DNA of 48,088 nucleotides from Pseudomonadota bacterium (lineage in GTDB: Bacteria; Pseudomonadota; Alphaproteobacteria; Acetobacterales; Acetobacteraceae). Of this stretch, positions 43,882 through 48,088 are shown in pieces. Location of the stretch: assembly GCA_046735215.1 (NCBI GenBank), contig JBKPSV010000031.1, positions 1 to 48,088 on the forward strand, read 5' to 3'. Both the position numbers and the translations under genes were made by a program. The notes beneath the pieces were generated by a model. It was given only the letters and a program-made list of their open reading frames with translations. It made no database searches and was not told the DNA's origin. The stretch's first letter is position 1. Each line of letters starts with the position of its first letter.

Positions 43882-44649
43882 TTAGCGACGCAATTCCATT
43901 TGGATCGGCCCCTCGCGACGTCCGTGGGTGAACTGGTCGACAATCGGGTTGCCGCTGTCCACCAGATCGCTCGCCGGCCCGCTCCAAATGATCCTGCCTT
44001 GATGGATCATGGCGGCCGCGTCGCCGATCCGACGGGCGCTGGCAATATCGTGGGTGATGGCCACTGCCGTGCTGCCGAGCTGCTTCACGCACCTGACCAC
44101 CAGATCGTCGATCACAGCTCCCATGATCGGGTCGAGGCCGGTCGTTGGCTCATCGAAGAACATCATGTCGGGTGTGGCAGCGATCGCGCGCGCTAGCGCC
44201 ACGCGCTTCTGCATGCCGCCCGAAAGTTCTGCAGGGTATAGGCTGCCAACACTCGCCGCGAGCCCGACCTGGGCAAGAAACTCAGCCGCCTTCTTCGGAC
44301 CGTCGGAGCGTGCGATCTTGCGTTGAGCGAGCAGGTTAAAAACCACGTTCTCCCAGACCGAGAGGCTGTCGAACAAAGCACCGTTCTGGAACAACATGCC
44401 AATACGAGAGCGAACCGCCTCCTGCTCGCGCCTGGGAAGCGAGAGGATGTCTGTTCCATCGATTTCGATGGTGCCGCCGTCTGGCTCTAGAAGACCAAGG
44501 ATGCATTTCAGCAGCACGGACTTGCCCGTACCCGAGCCGCCGATCACCACCATCGAGGTGCCGGACATGATATCGAGATCGATACCGTCCAGAACGAGCT
44601 TTTCTCCGAACGACTTTCGGACATCACGCAGGCGGATCTTAGGCGTCAT
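43882..44649 (-). CDS. mlaF: ABC transporter ATP-binding protein, MlaF-like
   Basis: The ORF track gives 43882..44664; the likely start is the ATG at 44649 (MTPKIRLRDV). Walker A is GGSGTGKSV, the signature motif is LSGGMQKRVALARA and Walker B is MMFFDEPTTGLDP. Confidence 0.88.
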   Translation of the reverse strand: MTPKIRLRDVRKSFGEKLVLDGIDLDIMSGTSMVVIGGSGTGKSVLLKCILGLLEPDGGTIEIDGTDILSLPRREQEAVRSRIGMLFQNGALFDSLSVWENVVFNLLAQRKIARSDGPKKAAEFLAQVGLAASVGSLYPAELSGGMQKRVALARAIAATPDMMFFDEPTTGLDPIMGAVIDDLVVRCVKQLGSTAVAITHDIASARRIGDAAAMIHQGRIIWSGPASDLVDSGNPIVDQFTHGRREGPIQMELRR

Positions 44650-44688
44650 GCGACACGGGACCACATGACGGAGCGGGCAAACAGGGTC

Positions 44689-45474
44689 TCATCGTGCGAA
44701 GAACATCTCGGTCAGCACATAGTCGAACGCGAGGATCAGAATGGAGGCGCTGACCACGGCGGCGGTTGTGGCGGCGCCGACGCCTTCGGCACCGCCACGA
44801 CTGTTGTACCCTTGGTAGCAGCCCATCAGTGTGATCAGGAACCCAAACACCGCGGCCTTTGCCAGACCGGAGGTGACATCCATCGCCTGCATGAAGTCGA
44901 GCGTGTTCCGCAGATACGTGTCGACGTTGAAGCCGAGCTTCAGCGTCGACACGATAAAGCCCCCGAGTACACCCAGGATATCGGCGACCACAACCAATAT
45001 CGGCAATGCAATGATGCCGGCTAGCAGTCGAGGAGCGACCAGGTATTTCATGGGATTGGTCGAGAGCGTCGAAAGAGCGTCGATCTGGTCTGTCACTCGC
45101 ATGGTGCCGATCTCGGCCGCCATGGCGGCACCGATGCGGCCGGCCACCATGAGACCCGCAAGTACCGGTCCGAGCTCACGGGTGATCGACAGCACGACCA
45201 CATTGGCGATCACGCTTTCGGCAGAGAAGCGCGCAAAGCCGGTATAGGACTGCAACGCCAGCACCATGCCCGTGAAGACCGCGGTGAGCGCGACGACGGG
45301 CAGGCTGAAATAGCCGATCTCCAGCAGGGCACGACCGAACAGCCGCCCGTACCACGGCGGCCGCACCAAGTGCGATAGGCCAATTCCTGCGAACAGCGCC
45401 AGCGCGCCGGCAACCCGGCACGCGCCGATGATGCCCCGCCCGATTGCGGCAAGGCTGTCAAGGATGAGGTTCAC
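44689..45474 (-). CDS. mlaE: MlaE-family ABC transporter permease
   Basis: 261-aa ORF. ITRELGPVLAGLMVAGRIGAAMAAEIGTMRVTDQIDAL is the MlaE/YrbE signature. The start overlaps the alr stop by 4 nt. Confidence 0.88.
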   Translation of the reverse strand: MNLILDSLAAIGRGIIGACRVAGALALFAGIGLSHLVRPPWYGRLFGRALLEIGYFSLPVVALTAVFTGMVLALQSYTGFARFSAESVIANVVVLSITRELGPVLAGLMVAGRIGAAMAAEIGTMRVTDQIDALSTLSTNPMKYLVAPRLLAGIIALPILVVVADILGVLGGFIVSTLKLGFNVDTYLRNTLDFMQAMDVTSGLAKAAVFGFLITLMGCYQGYNSRGGAEGVGAATTAAVVSASILILAFDYVLTEMFFAR

Positions 45475-46568
45475 GCCGACTTGTAGATCCGGTGGAACCG
45501 GTGGCCCAGCGATGTCAGCATCTCATAGCCGTTGGTGCCGGCCGCGGCAGCAAGATCGTCCGGGGTCTGAGCAGGGCCGATGATCTCCAGCCAAGCCCCA
45601 GGAACCACCTTCGGGGTCGTGGTCACGTCGAACGTGGTCAGGTCCATGGACACACGGCCTACCAGTGGGACGGGACTGCCGTCAAAGTAGGCGTGGCCGC
45701 GATTGGAAAGGCTGCGATGCAGCCCATCCGCGTAACCGATCCCAGCAGTGGCGATGCGGCGACGCCCCGGCGCCTGCCAGGTCGCGTTGTACCCGACCGT
45801 CTGGCACGGGCCGATTTCGCGAACCGCCACGACGCGGGCGGTCAAGCGCACGGGCAGCGTCATAGGGTTCTTCTTGGCAAGCGGAGTTGGGTTGATGCCG
45901 TAGAGAGCGGCACCGGGGCGTGCCAGATCAAAGCCGAAACGCGGCCCCAGGAACATGCCGGACGAGTTGAGCATGCTGCGGGGCGCCCGCGGCAGCCCCG
46001 CGCATGCCTCGCCAAAGCGCTGCAGCTGCAACCCGTTCAACGGATCGTCCGAGACCTCGGACGATACCAGGTGTGTCATGATGTAAATGAGTTCGATGCC
46101 GCCAAGACGTGCATGGTCCTGCTGCAGCACTGTGAGCTCACGCTGGTCCAGACCAAGCCGCGACATACCGGTATCGACATGGAGAATGGCCGGCAGCCGG
46201 CGTTCGACTGCCCCGGCCGTGGCACTCCACCTTTCGATCTCTACGAGCGAGCCAAGCACCGGGACGATCTCGCAATCGAGGTAGTCATGTTCGCTCCCAG
46301 CAATCAAGCCACCGAGCACGGCGACCATCGCCTCGGGCACAATCGCGCGAATCGCAATCGCTTCGTCCAGCAGAGCGACGAAAAAATGCCGGCAACCCGC
46401 CGCATACAAAGCTTGCGCAACGGGAAGCGCACCAAGACCATAGCCATCGGCCTTGACGACGCCGGCAACCGGCCCCGACGGATGCATGGTGCACAACAGT
46501 CGCCAATTGGCGACGACGGCGGCGAGATCGATCTCGAGTATCGCTCCGGCGCGCTCAGCCTTCGACAT
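45471..46568 (-). CDS. alr: Alanine racemase
   Basis: 365-aa ORF. The PLP-lysine context is AGVVKADGYGLG. The C-terminal motif is GYADG...PLVGRVSMD. It lies downstream of dnaB, a common alphaproteobacterial arrangement. Confidence 0.9.
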   Translation of the reverse strand: MSKAERAGAILEIDLAAVVANWRLLCTMHPSGPVAGVVKADGYGLGALPVAQALYAAGCRHFFVALLDEAIAIRAIVPEAMVAVLGGLIAGSEHDYLDCEIVPVLGSLVEIERWSATAGAVERRLPAILHVDTGMSRLGLDQRELTVLQQDHARLGGIELIYIMTHLVSSEVSDDPLNGLQLQRFGEACAGLPRAPRSMLNSSGMFLGPRFGFDLARPGAALYGINPTPLAKKNPMTLPVRLTARVVAVREIGPCQTVGYNATWQAPGRRRIATAGIGYADGLHRSLSNRGHAYFDGSPVPLVGRVSMDLTTFDVTTTPKVVPGAWLEIIGPAQTPDDLAAAAGTNGYEMLTSLGHRFHRIYKSA

Positions 46569-48054
46569 GCGCTGAATGCACGCGGTCTAGGTCGGCGAAG
46601 CGGGTGAACTCCGCCTCGAAGAACAACTGGATCGTCCCGGTAGGGCCGTGCCGTTGCTTGGAGATGATCAGATCCGCCTGATTGTGAACGCGCTCCATCT
46701 GGCGGTGCCATTCGTCCATCGCCGCCTGAAACTTTTCCTCGTTGTCGAACGCGGCCAGCTTCGGCATTCGCTGCTCAAGGTAGTATTCATCGCGGTAGAT
46801 GAACATCACCACATCGGCGTCCTGCTCGATCGTGCCGGATTCGCGCAGGTCTGCCAGCTGCGGGCGCTTGTCCTCGCGAGTCTCGACCGCGCGCGACAGC
46901 TGCGAGAGAGCCAGCACCGGGACATCGAGTTCCTTGGCGATCGCCTTGAGACCCTGGGTGAGCTGACCGATCTCCAGCACGCGGCTTTCGGGCCTGGTAC
47001 CAGCGGCAGGACGCATGAGCTGCAAGTAGTCGATGACAATCAGGGCAAGGCCCTTGGTGCGCTTCAGCCGTCGCGCACGCGTGCGCAACGCAGACAACGT
47101 GATCGCCGGCGTGTCGTCGATCTCGATCGGCAAAGAGGCGATCTCGCGCGAGACCTGCACGAACCTGTCAAAGTCACGCTGGCTGATGTCACCGCGGCGG
47201 ATTCGATCACTGGAGACCTGTGCTTCTTCGCTCAACAAACGAGTCGCCAGCTGTTCGGCACTCATTTCAAGGGAAAAGATGCCGACTGCGCGCCTGGCAG
47301 TCGCGTTCGGATCGGTCGTCTGGGTCTCGGCCACCAGCGCCTTGGCCGCGCCGAAGGCAATCGCCGTGGCAAGCGAGGTCTTGCCCATGCCTGGTCGCCC
47401 GGCGAGCACGATGAGGTCCGACCCATGCAGGCCGCCCATCTTGGCATCGAGATCACGCAGGCCGGTGGTGAGACCGGAAACATGGCCAGTGCGGTTGAAG
47501 GCGCGTTCTGCACCTTGGATAGCCGCGGTCAGCGCCCGGTCGAAGTTAATGAACCCGCCGCCGGCCGAACCGTCGGTGGCAAGCTGGAACAGCGAGTGTT
47601 CGGCAGATTCGATCTGCCGCGCTCCATCCAACTCGGCGTCAGCACCGAACGCGTTGTTGACGACTGTTTCGCCGATATCGATCAGTTGGCGGCGCAGCCA
47701 GGCGTCGTGGATGGCACGGCCGTATTCGCCAGCATTGATGATGCCGACCATCGCCGTGAGCAACTGGGCAAGGTAGGCTGTGCCGCCGACCTCCTCTAAT
47801 ATGCCTGAGTGCTCGAATTCCGCTTTGAGCGTGACGGCGTCGGCCAGCTGGCCGGCCTCGATCCGACGCGCGATCGCCTGGTATATGCGGCCGTGGATCG
47901 GATCGGCGAAGTGCTCGGGTGAGAGAAATTCCGAGACCCGCTCATATGCGCGGTTGTTGGCCAGTAATGCGCCGAGCAGCGCCTGCTCCGCCTGTACGTT
48001 CGACGGCGGCAGACGTTGAGATAGGCCAAGGAGTGGCGAATCGATGGTGTTCAC
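46555..48054 (-). CDS. dnaB: Replicative DNA helicase
   Basis: 499-aa ORF. The N-terminal motif is PPSNVQAEQALLGALLANN and Walker A is AGRPGMGKTS. IVIDYLQLM and the C-terminal motif IISKQRHGPTG are also present. Confidence 0.95.
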   Translation of the reverse strand: MNTIDSPLLGLSQRLPPSNVQAEQALLGALLANNRAYERVSEFLSPEHFADPIHGRIYQAIARRIEAGQLADAVTLKAEFEHSGILEEVGGTAYLAQLLTAMVGIINAGEYGRAIHDAWLRRQLIDIGETVVNNAFGADAELDGARQIESAEHSLFQLATDGSAGGGFINFDRALTAAIQGAERAFNRTGHVSGLTTGLRDLDAKMGGLHGSDLIVLAGRPGMGKTSLATAIAFGAAKALVAETQTTDPNATARRAVGIFSLEMSAEQLATRLLSEEAQVSSDRIRRGDISQRDFDRFVQVSREIASLPIEIDDTPAITLSALRTRARRLKRTKGLALIVIDYLQLMRPAAGTRPESRVLEIGQLTQGLKAIAKELDVPVLALSQLSRAVETREDKRPQLADLRESGTIEQDADVVMFIYRDEYYLEQRMPKLAAFDNEEKFQAAMDEWHRQMERVHNQADLIISKQRHGPTGTIQLFFEAEFTRFADLDRVHSAHVEG

Positions 48055-48088
48055 TGCCTGCGCAGCATAGGCTCTTACGCAGGAAATA

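Noticed and set aside
1-48088. A search for CRISPR arrays, IS elements or transposases, integrases, prophage, toxin-antitoxin or known defence-system genes.
   Set aside because: I saw no regularly spaced repeats and no ORF with transposase, integrase, phage or defence signatures. The MotA/MotB pair is of canonical stator size, not the long ZorA type of Zorya defence systems.

Overview
A 48 kb high-GC chromosomal segment, about 63% GC in hand-counted core lines. Protein signatures look alphaproteobacterial: DnaB, RadA-CvpA-PurF, class I LysRS and trxB next to a LysR gene. All calls come from reading the translated ORFs for family motifs and reading the DNA by eye. No HMM, BLAST or folding software was run.

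Most of the window is core housekeeping. It holds a DinG/XPD-type Fe-S helicase, lysK, trxB, an Lrp-type regulator, mscL, ackA and a long co-directional minus-strand block: dnaB-alr-mlaE-mlaF-hyp-radA-cvpA-purF-SDR. Many envelope genes are interspersed: an MprF homolog, a Wzx-like flippase, a TonB-dependent receptor, two GT39 (ArnT-like) glycosyltransferases, a GT2-GtrA fusion, a GH5 glycosidase and two Mla/MCE-type ABC modules. I found no rRNA, tRNA, CRISPR array, transposase, integrase or prophage genes.

Observations worth follow-up:
1. A structured, terminator-ended candidate sRNA lies just downstream of the trxB-linked LysR gene. It carries CUCCCA and CCUCCCU anti-Shine-Dalgarno motifs, which is AbcR / LsrB-VtlR-like synteny.
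2. A tightly overlapped five-gene operon couples a PotD-type periplasmic binding protein to a STAS-MlaE / MlaF / MlaD / PqiC-like lipoprotein transporter.
3. Several genes are decayed. motA has a 1-nt frameshift, a response regulator has an in-frame TAA plus a frameshift, and a secreted W-repeat protein is split by an in-frame TAG. The MprF homolog also lacks most of its synthase domain, exactly at a drop in GC content.
4. lysK and mprF are adjacent.
5. A second MlaEF pair has no MCE gene and is followed by an unknown exported protein fused into the radA transcription unit.
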